Part shown: positions 52,658-62,413 of the stretch, piece after piece
How positions within the stretch are numbered: position 1 is the stretch's first letter
Layout of the letters: every line of letters begins with the position of its first letter
Origin: Sporichthyaceae bacterium
Lineage (GTDB): Bacteria > Actinomycetota > Actinomycetes > JAKEEW01
Reading direction: 5' to 3'
Length of the DNA stretch: 64,000 nt
Assembly (NCBI GenBank): GCA_022616375.1
Contig: JAKEEW010000721.1
Location: 2,997-66,996 of the forward strand
Notes under the pieces: generated by a model
Seen by the model: only the letters and a program-made list of their open reading frames with translations
What the model was told of the DNA's origin: nothing
The model's database searches: none
Made by a program: the position numbers and the translations under genes

Positions 52658-54036
52658 GTGTCCTAGTCGTCGGACTGTCGCACCAATCCGCGCCGGTAAG
52701 CGTGCTCGAGCTGGTCGCCCTCTCCGGTGACGCCGGCACGAAGCTGCTCCAGGACGCCGCGGACACCGAGCACCTGGCCGAGGCCGTGGTGCTGGCGACC
52801 TGTAACCGGGTCGAGGTGTACGCCGAGGCGGCCCGGTTCCATGCCGGGCTGGCCGAGATCTCCGAACTGCTGGCCAGGCACACCGGGATCCCACTGGACG
52901 GGCTTACTCCTTATCTGTACGTCCATTACGAGCAGCGCGCGGTGGCCCACCTGTACTCGGTCGCTTGCGGCCTGGAGTCCATGGTCGTCGGCGAGGGGCA
53001 GATCCTCGGTCAGGTCAGGGCCGCGCTGGCCCGCGCTCAGGAGGTCGGGACCGCCGACCGGGTGCTCAACGAGCTGTTCCAGCAGGCCTTGCGGATCGGG
53101 AAGCGGGCGCACACGGAGACCGACATCGATCGGGTCAGCCGGTCGATCATCGGAGTCGGGCTCGACCTGCTCGATCGCCCGCTGGCCGGAGCCCGAGCCC
53201 TGGTCATCGGCGCGGGGTCGATGAGCGCGCTGGCCGCCGCCACGCTGCGCCAGGCCGGCGCCACCGAGCTGGTGATCTCCAACCGGACCGTCGAGCGGGC
53301 GCAGCGGCTGGCCGACCAGGTCGGCGGCACGGCAATCCGGTTCGAACCGGATGATCTTGCTGCGGCGATGGCGACCGCGGACGTGGTGGTCACCTGCACC
53401 GGGGCGCGGCAGCGGGTGTTGACGCTCGCGCAGGTCCGGACCGCCACTGCCGGCCGGCCCGCGGACCGGCCGCTGGCCATCCTGGACGTGGCGTTGCCCA
53501 GGGACACCGATCCCGAGGTGCGCGAGCTGCCCGGGGTGCGGTTGGTCGACCTGGATCTGATCTCCCGGACCGGCGCGGCCCAGGCGGCCGCCTCCAGCGT
53601 GGACGCGGTCCGCCGGGTGGTCGGCGAGGAGGTCGCGGTCTACTCCTCGATGCAGCGCGCCGCCCAGGTCGTGCCGACCGTGGTCGCGCTGCGGTCGATG
53701 GCCGCGGATCTGGTCGACCGCGAGCTCAAGCGGCTGTCCGCCCGGCGGCCAGAGCTGGATCAAGAAGATCGCGCCGAGATCGCCCAGACCGTGCACCGAG
53801 TGGTCGGCAAGCTGCTGCACGGCCCGACCGTGCGGGTCAAGGAGCTGGCCGGGCAGCTGGCCGGTCGGGACTACGCCGAGGCGCTGCGCGAACTGTTCGA
53901 CCTCGATCTGGCCCGCGTCGAGGCGGTCAGCCGCGCCGACATGATCGAGGCCGACCTGGTCGAGGCCGATCTGGTGGAGGCCGATGTGGCGGGCACCGAT
54001 GTGGCGGCCGATGTGATCGATGGGGGCACCGAATGA
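52654..54036 (+). CDS. hemA: glutamyl-tRNA reductase
   Basis: 460-aa ORF with LATCNRVEVY and the NADPH fold VIGAGSMS. ATGA overlap with rex. Confidence 0.95.
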   Translation: MSVLVVGLSHQSAPVSVLELVALSGDAGTKLLQDAADTEHLAEAVVLATCNRVEVYAEAARFHAGLAEISELLARHTGIPLDGLTPYLYVHYEQRAVAHLYSVACGLESMVVGEGQILGQVRAALARAQEVGTADRVLNELFQQALRIGKRAHTETDIDRVSRSIIGVGLDLLDRPLAGARALVIGAGSMSALAAATLRQAGATELVISNRTVERAQRLADQVGGTAIRFEPDDLAAAMATADVVVTCTGARQRVLTLAQVRTATAGRPADRPLAILDVALPRDTDPEVRELPGVRLVDLDLISRTGAAQAAASSVDAVRRVVGEEVAVYSSMQRAAQVVPTVVALRSMAADLVDRELKRLSARRPELDQEDRAEIAQTVHRVVGKLLHGPTVRVKELAGQLAGRDYAEALRELFDLDLARVEAVSRADMIEADLVEADLVEADVAGTDVAADVIDGGTE

Positions 54037-54995
54037 GCACGTTGGGTTCGATCACTGCACCGCTGCGGCTGGGCACCAGGCGCAGTGCCCTCGCCCTCGC
54101 CCAGTCCACCCTGGTCGCCGAGGCGATCACCGCGGCCACCGGACGCGCGGTGGAGTTCGTCGAGATCACCACGCACGGCGACGTGTCCAGGGAACCGCTG
54201 GCCAAGATCGGCGGGACCGGGGTGTTCGTCAGCGCGCTCCGCGAGGCGCTCTACGCCGGCCAGGTCGACCTGGCTGTCCATTCTTATAAGGACCTGCCCA
54301 CCGCGCCGGCCGCCGGCTTGATCATCGCCGCGGTGCCGCGCCGGGCCGACCCGCGCGACGTGCTGGTGGCCAGGGACGGGCAGAAGCTCGCCGATCTTCC
54401 TCCCGGCGCCACGATCGGCACCGGGTCGCCACGCCGGGCCGCCCAGCTCCGCGCGCTCGGCCTCGGCCTGGATGTGACCGCGATCCGGGGCAACGTCGAC
54501 ACCCGGATCGGCTATGTGACCAGCGGTGAGCTGGACGGCGTGGTGCTGGCCCGGGCCGGGCTGGAGCGGCTGGGCCGCCTCGATGAGGCCACCGAGGTGC
54601 TCGACCTGTCGATCATGGTGCCGGCACCCGGCCAGGGCGCGCTCGCGGTCGAGTGCCTGGACCCGGCTACCAGCGACCAAGCCGCAGCGATCTTCGCCGC
54701 ACTGGGCAGTCTCGATCATCCCGCCAGCGGGGCCGCGGTGGCCGCCGAGCGGTCGCTGCTGGCCACGCTGGAGGCCGGCTGCTCGGCGCCGGTCGGGGCG
54801 TATGCCGAGCTGGTCGACAACGAGGAAGGTCCCGAGCTATACCTACGTGCCGTGGTGGCGGCAGCGGACGGCTCGGCAAATGTACGAATGTCCGACACCG
54901 GTTTCCCCACCGACGCCGTCGGTCTTGGCCGGCGGCTCGCGGCCGCGATGCTCGACGGGGGCGCGACCGGTCTTATGCAGGAGCGTCCCAGGTGA
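54033..54995 (+). CDS. hemC: hydroxymethylbilane synthase (porphobilinogen deaminase)
   Basis: 320-aa ORF with LRLGTRRSALALAQS, RGNVDTR and the cofactor Cys block LEAGCSAPVGA. Confidence 0.95.
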   Translation: MSTLGSITAPLRLGTRRSALALAQSTLVAEAITAATGRAVEFVEITTHGDVSREPLAKIGGTGVFVSALREALYAGQVDLAVHSYKDLPTAPAAGLIIAAVPRRADPRDVLVARDGQKLADLPPGATIGTGSPRRAAQLRALGLGLDVTAIRGNVDTRIGYVTSGELDGVVLARAGLERLGRLDEATEVLDLSIMVPAPGQGALAVECLDPATSDQAAAIFAALGSLDHPASGAAVAAERSLLATLEAGCSAPVGAYAELVDNEEGPELYLRAVVAAADGSANVRMSDTGFPTDAVGLGRRLAAAMLDGGATGLMQERPR

Positions 54996-56599
54996 GCCCG
55001 AGAACCATGAAGAAGAAGCCACTCGGCAGCGTTGCGCTGGTCGGTGCCGGCCCGGGCGACCCGGAGCTGCTCACCGTCCGCGCGGTCGAGCTGCTGCGGT
55101 CCGCCGATGTGGTCGTGCTCGACCAGCAGGCGTGCGGTTCCTGGGTCTCCCGTTACGTCGAGCCCGACACTGAGCTGATCGAGGCGGCGCAGGGCCAGGG
55201 CGGCGAGCCGCTGGCGCATGCCACCCGGGCCAAGCTGCTGGTCGAAGCCGCTCGGCAGGGCAAGCGGGTGGTCCGGCTCTACGCCGGTGACCCGGCGCTT
55301 GACGGCTCCCTGGTGGAAGATGCGGCGGCCTGTGCCAAGGCCCGGATCCCGTTCGAGATCGTGCCAGGGGTGCCATCGCTGACCGCGGTGCCCGAGTACG
55401 CCGGGGTCCCGCTGACCTCGCGCTCGGTGCACGACGTCAGCATCGTCGACGCCGCCAACGGTCCGCACTGGGACAGGCACGTCGACCCGAACGTCACGCT
55501 CGTGATCGCCAACGCGATCGGCTCGATCGGTGAGATCGCCAAGGCGCTGATCGCGGCCGGTCGCAAGCCGAGCACGCCGGTGCTGCTTACCGCCGGCGGC
55601 ACCACCACCGAGCAGCGCACGGTTGCCTCGACCCTGGAGCTGGTCGCCGCCGCGGTCCGGGCCGCGAAGCTGACCGGCCCGGTGGTCACCGTGGTCGGCG
55701 AGGTGGTCAAGCACCGGGACGCGCTGTCCTGGTACGAGACCAAGCCGCTGTTCGGCTGGCGGGTGCTGGTGCCGCGGACCAAGGAGCAGGCCGGCGCGCT
55801 GTCCGAGCAGCTGCGCGGATACGGTGCCGTGCCGGAAGAGGTGCCCACCATCTCGGTCGAGCCGCCGCGCACCCCGCAGCAGATGGAGCGCGGGATCAAG
55901 GGCCTGGTCACCGGGCGCTACGAGTGGGTCGCGTTCACGTCGGTGAACGCGGTCAAGGCAGTCCGCGAGCGATTCGAGGAGTACGGCCTGGACGCCCGCG
56001 CGTTCGCCGGCATCAAAGTGGCCGTGGTCGGCGAGGCCACCGCCGCCGCGATTCGCGACTTCGGCATCAAGCCCGACCTGATGCCGGCCGGTGAGCAGTC
56101 CGCGGCCGGCCTGCTCGAGGACTTCCCGCCGTTCGACTCGGTGTTCGACCCGATCAACCGGGTGTTCCTGCCCAGGGCGGACATTGCCACCGAGACGCTG
56201 GTGGCCGGCCTGATCGATCTGGGTTGGGAGGTCGATGACGTGACCGCGTACCGGACCGTGCGGGCCACCCCGCCGCCGGCGCCGACCCGCGAGGCCATCA
56301 AGGGTGGCGGGTTCGACGCGGTGGTCTTCACCTCCTCGTCCACGGTGCGCAACCTGGTCGGGATCGCGGGCAAGCCGCATGCCTCGACGGTGATCGCGTG
56401 CATCGGCCCGCAGACCGCGAAGACCGCCGAGGAGCACGGCCTGCGGGTGGACGTGCTGGCGGCCGAGCCGTCGGTTTCCGCGGTGGCCGAGGCGCTGGCC
56501 GAGTACGGTGCTGCCAGGCGGCTGGCGCTGACCGAGGCCGGCGAGCCGGTGACCCGACCGAGCGAGCGCCGCCCGGCGGCCCGCCGGAAGGCCAAGTAG
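54992..56599 (+). CDS. hemD: bifunctional uroporphyrinogen-III C-methyltransferase / uroporphyrinogen-III synthase
   Basis: GTG 54992 overlaps the hemC stop (ATG 55007 is the alternative). N-terminal SAM tetrapyrrole methylase [16 protein letters not shown]-terminal HEM4 domain (WRVLVPR...VAFTSVNAV...VVFTSSSTV). Confidence 0.9.
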   Translation: MSPRTMKKKPLGSVALVGAGPGDPELLTVRAVELLRSADVVVLDQQACGSWVSRYVEPDTELIEAAQGQGGEPLAHATRAKLLVEAARQGKRVVRLYAGDPALDGSLVEDAAACAKARIPFEIVPGVPSLTAVPEYAGVPLTSRSVHDVSIVDAANGPHWDRHVDPNVTLVIANAIGSIGEIAKALIAAGRKPSTPVLLTAGGTTTEQRTVASTLELVAAAVRAAKLTGPVVTVVGEVVKHRDALSWYETKPLFGWRVLVPRTKEQAGALSEQLRGYGAVPEEVPTISVEPPRTPQQMERGIKGLVTGRYEWVAFTSVNAVKAVRERFEEYGLDARAFAGIKVAVVGEATAAAIRDFGIKPDLMPAGEQSAAGLLEDFPPFDSVFDPINRVFLPRADIATETLVAGLIDLGWEVDDVTAYRTVRATPPPAPTREAIKGGGFDAVVFTSSSTVRNLVGIAGKPHASTVIACIGPQTAKTAEEHGLRVDVLAAEPSVSAVAEALAEYGAARRLALTEAGEPVTRPSERRPAARRKAK

Positions 56600-56648
56600 G
56601 CGAAGTAGGCCAAGCAGGCCAAGCATGGCTGGAGCAGGAGGCGAGCGG

Positions 56649-57632
56649 ATGAGCCCGTACCCGGTTGAGCGGCCGCGCCGGCTGCGCAGCACGCCCGCGC
56701 TGCGCCGGCTGGTTGCCGAGACCTCGATCGAGCCGCGGCATCTGGTGCTGCCGATGTTCGTCAAGGAAGGCGCGGCCGAACCGGTGCCGATCCGCTCGAT
56801 GCCAGGCGTGGTCCAGCACACCAGGGAGTCGCTGCGCAAGGCCGCGGCTGAGGCGGTCGGTGCCGGGGTGGGCGGCCTGATGCTGTTCGCGGTGCCGGAG
56901 GAGTCAAGCAAGGACCCGCTCGGCCGGGCCGGGACCGATCCGGACGGGATCTTGCAGGTGGCATTGCGGGACGTGGTCGCCGAGGTCGGCGACGCCACCG
57001 TAGTGATGAGCGACCTGTGCCTGGATGAGTACACCTCACACGGGCACTGTGGGGTGCTCGGCCCGGACGGCACGGTGGACAACGACGCGAGCCTGGCCCG
57101 CTACGCGGAGATGGGGCTGGTGCAGGCGGCCGCCGGCTCGGCCGTGCTCGGCCTCAGCGGCATGATGGACGGCCAGGTAGGGGCGGTGCGGTCGGCGCTG
57201 GATCTGGCCGGCCGGTACGACGTGGTGCTGCTCGCGTATGCCAGCAAGTACGCCTCGTCGTTCTACGGCCCGTTCCGGGAGGCGGTCGAGTCCTCGCTGG
57301 TCGGCGATCGCCGGACCTATCAGGTGGATCCGAGCAACGGTATCGAGGCGCTGCGCGAGGTCGAGCTGGACGTCGCCGAGGGCGCCGACATCGTCATGGT
57401 CAAACCAGCGCTGTCCTACCTCGACGTGGTGCGGCAGGTGCGGGATGCGGTCACCGTGCCGGTCGCCGCCTACCAGGTGTCGGGGGAGTACGCGATGGTC
57501 GAGGCCGCCGCGGCCAACGGCTGGCTGGACCGGGAGCGCGCCATCGTGGAGACCGTGACCTCGATCCGCCGGGCCGGCGCCGACCTGGTGTTCACCTACT
57601 GGGCCACCGAGCTCGCCCAGATCCTGCGCTAG
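56649..57632 (+). CDS. hemB: porphobilinogen synthase (delta-aminolevulinate dehydratase)
   Basis: [14 protein letters not shown]-terminus; active-site blocks [14 protein letters not shown] and YQVSGEYAM. The tracked ORF begins 8 codons earlier. Confidence 0.95.
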   Translation: MSPYPVERPRRLRSTPALRRLVAETSIEPRHLVLPMFVKEGAAEPVPIRSMPGVVQHTRESLRKAAAEAVGAGVGGLMLFAVPEESSKDPLGRAGTDPDGILQVALRDVVAEVGDATVVMSDLCLDEYTSHGHCGVLGPDGTVDNDASLARYAEMGLVQAAAGSAVLGLSGMMDGQVGAVRSALDLAGRYDVVLLAYASKYASSFYGPFREAVESSLVGDRRTYQVDPSNGIEALREVELDVAEGADIVMVKPALSYLDVVRQVRDAVTVPVAAYQVSGEYAMVEAAAANGWLDRERAIVETVTSIRRAGADLVFTYWATELAQILR

Positions 57633-57655
57633 CTCGCTCACCCGGGAACGCAAGC

Positions 57656-57682
57656 GGCCCGGTACCTCTCGGGTACCGGGCC
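57656..57682. terminator. bidirectional stem-loop between convergent hemB and the SLT gene
   Basis: GGCCCGGTACC-TCTCG-GGTACCGGGCC forms a perfect 11-bp GC-rich stem. Confidence 0.45.
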
Positions 57683-57721
57683 ACCTACGTGGTGGTGCTA
57701 TATCGAGTTGTTGAGCTCGCC

Positions 57722-58573
57722 TTACTTGTGGAACTCACCGAGGGTGAAGTCACCCAGGTAGTCGTAGATGTTGCCGCGGTACTGCTTGATCAGTCGCACG
57801 CAGTTGCCACCGCAGCCCACCTCGCCGACCGACGGGAACCCGGTGTCGGACTGGGTCACCCGGCCGCAGCCCGCGATGTGGCAGACCATCATCGCGTCCA
57901 GCGGGCTGATGTCCTTGTCACTGTCCTTCAGGTAGTCGGTCATGTTGGTCAGGTGACCGCACATCAGCTTGATGCCGCGCTTGATGGTCTCCTCCGGCTT
58001 CCAGACCGCGTGGTCACGCGGCGGCTTCACGTGCGCGGACACGTTCCAGTCCTTACCACCGAGGTCGACCCACTCTTCCTCGTTGATCTGGTAGAGACCG
58101 GCGGTACCGCCGTTGACGTCATCGGTCCAGTTCCGCGGATCCCAACCGCTCTCCGCGTTCACCTGGGCGAGCACCCACTCGACCGGGAGGGCCGGGCACT
58201 GCTCGGCCAGCTCGGCCTGGATGGTCGGGAGCATCTCCCGAGCCAGATCGGGCAGCTCGTTGACGGCGATCTCGGCCGAGGTGTACCCGGCGGCGCGGGA
58301 ACGGTCGGCCTTCTCCTCTTCCTCACGCGTCTCGGTCGGGCTCGGAGCCGAGGTCGTCGGCTCCGCACCGGTCCGGGTGGCGGAGGTCGGGGACTTATCC
58401 GACGGCGCGGAGAAGACCGCGACACCGGCAATAAGGAGCACGACCAGGCCGGCCGCGACGAGCGCGAGCGTCCGGTTGCGTCCGGGAGTTTCCATGAAGC
58501 GACGAATCGAGGTCTCGATCCGTCCGCGGGCGTCCTGCTGGGTTTCCGGCTGCTGAGGATCACGGCGATCCAT
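57722..58573 (-). CDS. membrane-anchored lytic transglycosylase (SLT domain) protein
   Basis: 283-aa ORF with GAGGTG RBS, one TM helix, a T/P/E linker and SLT catalytic blocks QVNAESGW and GLYQI. The C-terminal part has six Cys. Confidence 0.7.
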   Translation of the reverse strand: MDRRDPQQPETQQDARGRIETSIRRFMETPGRNRTLALVAAGLVVLLIAGVAVFSAPSDKSPTSATRTGAEPTTSAPSPTETREEEEKADRSRAAGYTSAEIAVNELPDLAREMLPTIQAELAEQCPALPVEWVLAQVNAESGWDPRNWTDDVNGGTAGLYQINEEEWVDLGGKDWNVSAHVKPPRDHAVWKPEETIKRGIKLMCGHLTNMTDYLKDSDKDISPLDAMMVCHIAGCGRVTQSDTGFPSVGEVGCGGNCVRLIKQYRGNIYDYLGDFTLGEFHK

Positions 58574-58735
58574 GGCGTATCACCTCGCTGGGGTTGCTGC
58601 GTGCCCAAGCACTTGGCTCAGGCACGGACACCCAACGTAGGTGCGTTGTGACCGCATTCAGCCTGGTTTGCCGCGTAAATGTGAGGCAGATCGCGCACTT
58701 TTTCCGATCGTTGTGGCGCCGGTCACTGAGTTGCG

Positions 58736-58838
58736 GTGAGCCAGCTCACAACACCGCGGTGACCTGGCTCACGGGCCGGAAATGCCTGAAATTACGGGAA
58801 AGTGGGCCAGGTCACACCCAGAACGTGGGCTGGGTCAC
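58736..58838. promoter_or_regulatory. array of four 14-bp pseudo-palindromes (candidate operator sites)
   Basis: GTGAGCCAGCTCAC (58736-49), GTGACCTGGCTCAC (58759-72), GTGGGCCAGGTCAC (58802-15) and GTGGGCTGGGTCAC (58825-38). Consensus GTGrsCyrGsTCAC. Two pairs, each spaced 23 bp, with the pairs 66 bp apart. Confidence 0.45.
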
Positions 58839-58969
58839 ACCGTCCAGTTACTCGACGTATCGAGGTGACTACGCGTCGTTCCCGATAGCGGCTATTGAGT
58901 AGGTGGCGAACCCGCCTCTGAGTACGTGTGCTCAGGCCCGCCGACCGGCGAGGGCGAACGCTTGGCGGC

Positions 58970-60454
58970 ATGGCCACGCTTTCGGCGACGCAGCTCGCCA
59001 CCCAGACCCCGGCGGATCACGATCGCTACGTCGACCTGCTCCGGGCCGGGTCGCTCGGGGTGGTGATTCTGGGTCATTGGCTGATGGCGGTCGTGATCGC
59101 GGGACCGCACGGTCCGGTTGCCACTAACGCACTGGCTCTGCTGCCCGCACTACAGCCGGCCACCTGGCTCCTGCAGGTCATGCCGCTGTTCTTCTTCGTC
59201 GGCGGGTTCTCGCACGCGGTCGCGCTGGACTCCTTGCGCCGGCGCGGGCTTGGTTACGCCGAGTTCGTCCGGATCAGGGCCGGCCGGCTGCTGCTGCCCA
59301 CCTCGATCTTCGTCGCGTGCTGGATCGTGATCGCGATCGGTCTAGAGCGCAGTGGCCAGGATCACGGGCTGGCCGCCATCGCGAGCCGGGTCGTCGCGCA
59401 ACCGCTGTGGTTCGTCGGGGTGTACCTCGGCGTCATCACGGCGGCTCCGGCGATGCTGCGCTGGCATCGCGGTCGGCACGGGGCGACCGCGCTGCCGCTG
59501 CTGCTTGTCGGGGTCGCTGCGGTGGACTACCTCCGGATCGGGTACGGCTGGACCGAGGTGGGCTATCTCAACGTCGCGCTGGTCTGGCTCGTCGTGCATC
59601 AGCTCGGGTTCTGGTATGCGGACCACCGGCTCGACCGGCCATGGGTCGTGAGCAGCTTGGCGGCCGGCGGTCTGACCGGGTTGGCCGCACTCACCACACT
59701 CGGGCCGTATCCGGTGTCGATGGTCGGACTGCCCGGCGAGCGGATCTCCAACATGGCGCCGCCGACACTCGCTCTGCTGTGCCAGGCCGCCTGGCTGATC
59801 GGGTTGGCCATGCTGGTCCGCCCGGCAGCCCGCCGCTGGCTGGTCCGGCCACGGGTGTGGCTCGCCGTGGTGCGCGCGAACGGGATCGCCATGACCGCGT
59901 TCCTGTGGCACCTGACCGGCATGTTCGTCGCCGCCGGCGGTCTGCTCCTGGTTGGTCTGCCGGACGCTCCGGTCGGTTCCCGCGCCTGGTGGGTGCAACG
60001 GGTGGCCTGGGTGGGCGTGGCCGCGCTGACCACGGCAGTGCTGGTCGCGAGCTTCCGGTGGGCCGATCGGCACCGGGCCGAGCCGGTCGCCGCGATCCCG
60101 CGACTCTCGGTCGGCATGGGGATGCTGGCCTCGGTACTTGGTGTGCTCGGCCTGTCCGCGGCCGGGTTCGGCGGTCAGCTGGTCGGCGGCGGCGCGAGGC
60201 TCGTCGTGCTTCCGGTCACGCCGTTGGGCTCGGCCGTACTGCTCGGCGCCGGGCTCCTGGCACTTGGTATCGGTCCGGGAGCAAGGCTTCGCTCCCGGGC
60301 AAAAGGGGTTGCCTCGCCCGATGATATCTGGCGTTATGGAGGTGCACTCGGTAGTGGCGAGATGTTTGGGAGGAGCCGTGCGAATCAGCCCCAACCGGCT
60401 GAGCCGGCGGAACGGGCTCCTGGTGGTTCGCCACCAGTCGCAGCCCCTCCGTAG
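58970..60454 (+). CDS. acyltransferase family 3 (OafA-like) integral membrane protein
   Basis: From ATG 58970, ~494 aa with ten or more hydrophobic helices. N-terminal block RYVDLLRAGSLGVVILGHW is typical of acyltransferase_3. Confidence 0.8.
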   Translation: MATLSATQLATQTPADHDRYVDLLRAGSLGVVILGHWLMAVVIAGPHGPVATNALALLPALQPATWLLQVMPLFFFVGGFSHAVALDSLRRRGLGYAEFVRIRAGRLLLPTSIFVACWIVIAIGLERSGQDHGLAAIASRVVAQPLWFVGVYLGVITAAPAMLRWHRGRHGATALPLLLVGVAAVDYLRIGYGWTEVGYLNVALVWLVVHQLGFWYADHRLDRPWVVSSLAAGGLTGLAALTTLGPYPVSMVGLPGERISNMAPPTLALLCQAAWLIGLAMLVRPAARRWLVRPRVWLAVVRANGIAMTAFLWHLTGMFVAAGGLLLVGLPDAPVGSRAWWVQRVAWVGVAALTTAVLVASFRWADRHRAEPVAAIPRLSVGMGMLASVLGVLGLSAAGFGGQLVGGGARLVVLPVTPLGSAVLLGAGLLALGIGPGARLRSRAKGVASPDDIWRYGGALGSGEMFGRSRANQPQPAEPAERAPGGSPPVAAPP

Positions 60455-60513
60455 GCGCATGGCACCTCCGGGTGGTCGCCGGTAGTCGACTCAGACTCCC
60501 AGGCGATCATCCC

Positions 60514-60556
60514 GAGGGGCCGTCCGCGCGAATCAACCCGCAGCGGACGGCCCCTC
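60514..60556 (+). terminator. stem-loop after the acyltransferase gene
   Basis: Perfect 14-bp stem GAGGGGCCGTCCGC/GCGGACGGCCCCTC with a 15-nt loop, 60 nt after the stop. Confidence 0.5.
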
Positions 60557-60672
60557 GCTACTGGGCGACGTGGCCAGCTGGGCCCGGTGTCTCGACGGTC
60601 GGCGGACCGTGACCACGATCTGTCGTCGAGGCGAGCGGGGGAAAGTCAGATCCCTTCGGCCCCCGCCCTGGC

Positions 60673-61160
60673 CTAACGCTCGCCAGCCAGCGCACGGTAC
60701 TCGGCGGCGATGCGTGCCAGATGGTCCCTGGCTTCCTCGCCGAAGGACGCGACTGCCTCAACCGAGGCGAACAGCTCCTCGTACGCGGCGACGTCGGCTG
60801 CACCGGTCAGTGTTGCGGTGGCGGTTTCGGTTCCCAGGACCACCGCGTCGGAGTCATACACCTGGAAGCCGTGACGCGGAAAGAACCGCGCCGGAGTCGT
60901 CCACGGGACGATCCCAACGGGCAGGTTTGGATGGCCGAGCAGTCCGGTGACTGCGTCAACCTGGTCGGCTATAAGCGACGCCGAGGCGGGCTGCCACCGC
61001 AGCGCACCCTCGGTCATCACCAACACGAACCGGGCAGGCCCATCATCGACGAGCTGCTGTCGGTCATCCGCGCCCGCACCGCCTCATCGACCTGATCGGC
61101 CGGCACCTTCGCGCAGAGCACGCGCCAGCCACGCCCGATCACCCGGGTCACGCGCGGCTG
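60673..61160 (-). pseudogene. remnant of an XRE-family regulator (DUF5753-type C-terminal domain), N-terminally truncated and frameshifted
   Basis: ORF 60673..61026 (VLVMTEGALRW...HPNLPVGIVPW...FQVYDSDAVVLGTE) resembles the DUF5753 domain. Upstream pieces continue in two other frames (AKVPADQVDEAVRARMTD; AWLARALREGAG). No HTH region remains before the neighbouring gene end at 61178. Confidence 0.55.
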
Positions 61161-61177
61161 ACGGTGTTGGGTTGGTC

Positions 61178-61734
61178 GTCATGCGCTGTGGTTGACCCTC
61201 CACTCCTCGCGATGGCGAGCCCACCAGGTCGGGAATGGCTCGGACGCCGCGATCGCCGCGTCCCTGGCCCGCCGATACCCGACCAGGTCGCCGTCGGGGG
61301 ACGGCTCAGCTCCTATGAACTCGCCCCTGTCGCTGTAGCACATACGGATCGCGTGTCCAATCGTCGATCAGCCAGAAGTCGTGGTCAGTCAGCCCAGCCG
61401 GTGCCGCACGTTCGGCAAGATCGACAATGCGTACGTCGTCACCGGCTGCAACGTTCGGCGCGTAACCCCACTCACATTCGAATCGCAGGTAGTCGGTCAA
61501 TGGTGTCCGCAGCACGTGAACCCGATGGTTGAGGATCCCGGCCACACGGTCGGCGACGAGCCGGTCGAGCCAAGGCTGCTTGCGCTCCGGCGTTGGCCCC
61601 TCCTCGCCGCGCAGGAACCGGGCGAGGTCCTCTCCGTCCGACTCGACCTCGTACTGGTCCAGCAGCTCGAGCCGGAACGCCGACCGGGACAGCCGGGCAT
61701 CTATGTAGTCGCCTAGCTCAGACGCATCCAACAC
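61178..61734 (-). pseudogene. DUF6879-like protein, frameshifted
   Basis: ORF 61306..61734 (SAFRLELLDQYEV...HRVHVLRTPLTDYLRFE...HDFWLIDD) ends prematurely. The natural-looking continuation AIRMCYSDRGEFIGAEPSPDGDLVGYRRARDAAIAASEPFPTWW...* is in another frame down to stop 61178-61180. The shift lies near 61350-61358. Confidence 0.55.
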
Positions 61735-61919
61735 CGAAGACCTCGGAGATCAGAGCTGTCGGAGTCTCAACGGCGGACTCGCCATCGGGCAGATCCATCT
61801 GGGCCTTCTCCTCGCCTGAGAGCGTGTACCCCTGGACCACGATCGTCCCGGTCAGTGCGGTAGATCGTCGGGCAAGTGCGCCCATCGGAGTAGGGCGGGC
61901 CGAGTCGGGTGAGCTGCAT
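61718..61919 (-). pseudogene. small conserved-looking protein, frameshifted
   Basis: ATG 61919 gives MQLTRLGPPYSDGRTCPTIYRTDR. The sequence then continues in another frame as GTIVVQGYTLSGEEKAQMDLPDGESAVETPTALISEVFG to stop 61718. High third-position GC switches frame at the CCC run 61846-61852. Resemblance to an actinobacterial family is only a vague recollection. Confidence 0.35.
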
Positions 61920-61937
61920 GGGATGTTCGATTCCACA

Positions 61938-62405
61938 TCAGTCAACGTGTGGGAAGCGGCCGTGCAGGTAGTCGTGGAGCTGCCGCCACTGCGTTGGGTG
62001 GATGTCGAGTGTGGACAGGTCGTCCGGCGCGACCCAACGAACGGCGCTCGCCTCGTCGTTGGCTATTGGCGCGCCGCCAATCGGGCGGGCCAGGAGAATG
62101 ACCTCGTACTCCTGGCGGACCTCGCCGTCGGTGTAGGCCACGATGTGGCCGGGATCTGAGTAGAACCCTAGGAGTCCGGTCGGCTCGACGACGATGCCCG
62201 TCTCCTCTTGCGTCTCGCGGACCGCGCACTGGGTCGGCGTCTCGCCGATTTCCATCTTGCCTATCGGCAGAGCCCACTGGCCGGTGTCTCGCCGGCGCTG
62301 CAGCAAGATCCGTCCGTCAGTGTCGACCGTGAGCGTCCCAAGCGCGGGCACCAGGGAGTTCGGCTGTGGCGCATTGGGGTCGTTCCAGTACTCGACTCGG
62401 CCCAT
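61938..62405 (-). CDS. NUDIX hydrolase
   Basis: Nudix box GKMEIGETPTQCAVRETQEETGI. ATG 62405 with a GGGAG RBS, 9 nt after the upstream stop. Confidence 0.85.
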   Translation of the reverse strand: MGRVEYWNDPNAPQPNSLVPALGTLTVDTDGRILLQRRRDTGQWALPIGKMEIGETPTQCAVRETQEETGIVVEPTGLLGFYSDPGHIVAYTDGEVRQEYEVILLARPIGGAPIANDEASAVRWVAPDDLSTLDIHPTQWRQLHDYLHGRFPHVD

Positions 62406-62413
62406 CAATCTCC

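Noticed and set aside
54716-57082. 788-aa ORF antisense to hemD/hemB, and similar long antisense ORFs (8310..9638, 34170..35729, 49898..51538, 43038..44255)
   Set aside because: All are opposite well-supported genes and have low-complexity R/G/P/A-rich translations, so they are GC artefacts.
58574-58900. Possible c-di-AMP (ydaO-type) riboswitch in the long leader of the SLT cell-wall hydrolase gene
   Set aside because: Such riboswitches are known before rpfA-like genes in Actinobacteria, and disA is nearby. But I could not find the conserved blocks (GGGGACCCA, GGGGUGAAUC, AGCUAACCUCGUAAGCG) in the right order; only loose look-alikes (GUGUGACCCA, AGUCACCUCGAUACG) appear. An Infernal search with RF00379 would settle it.
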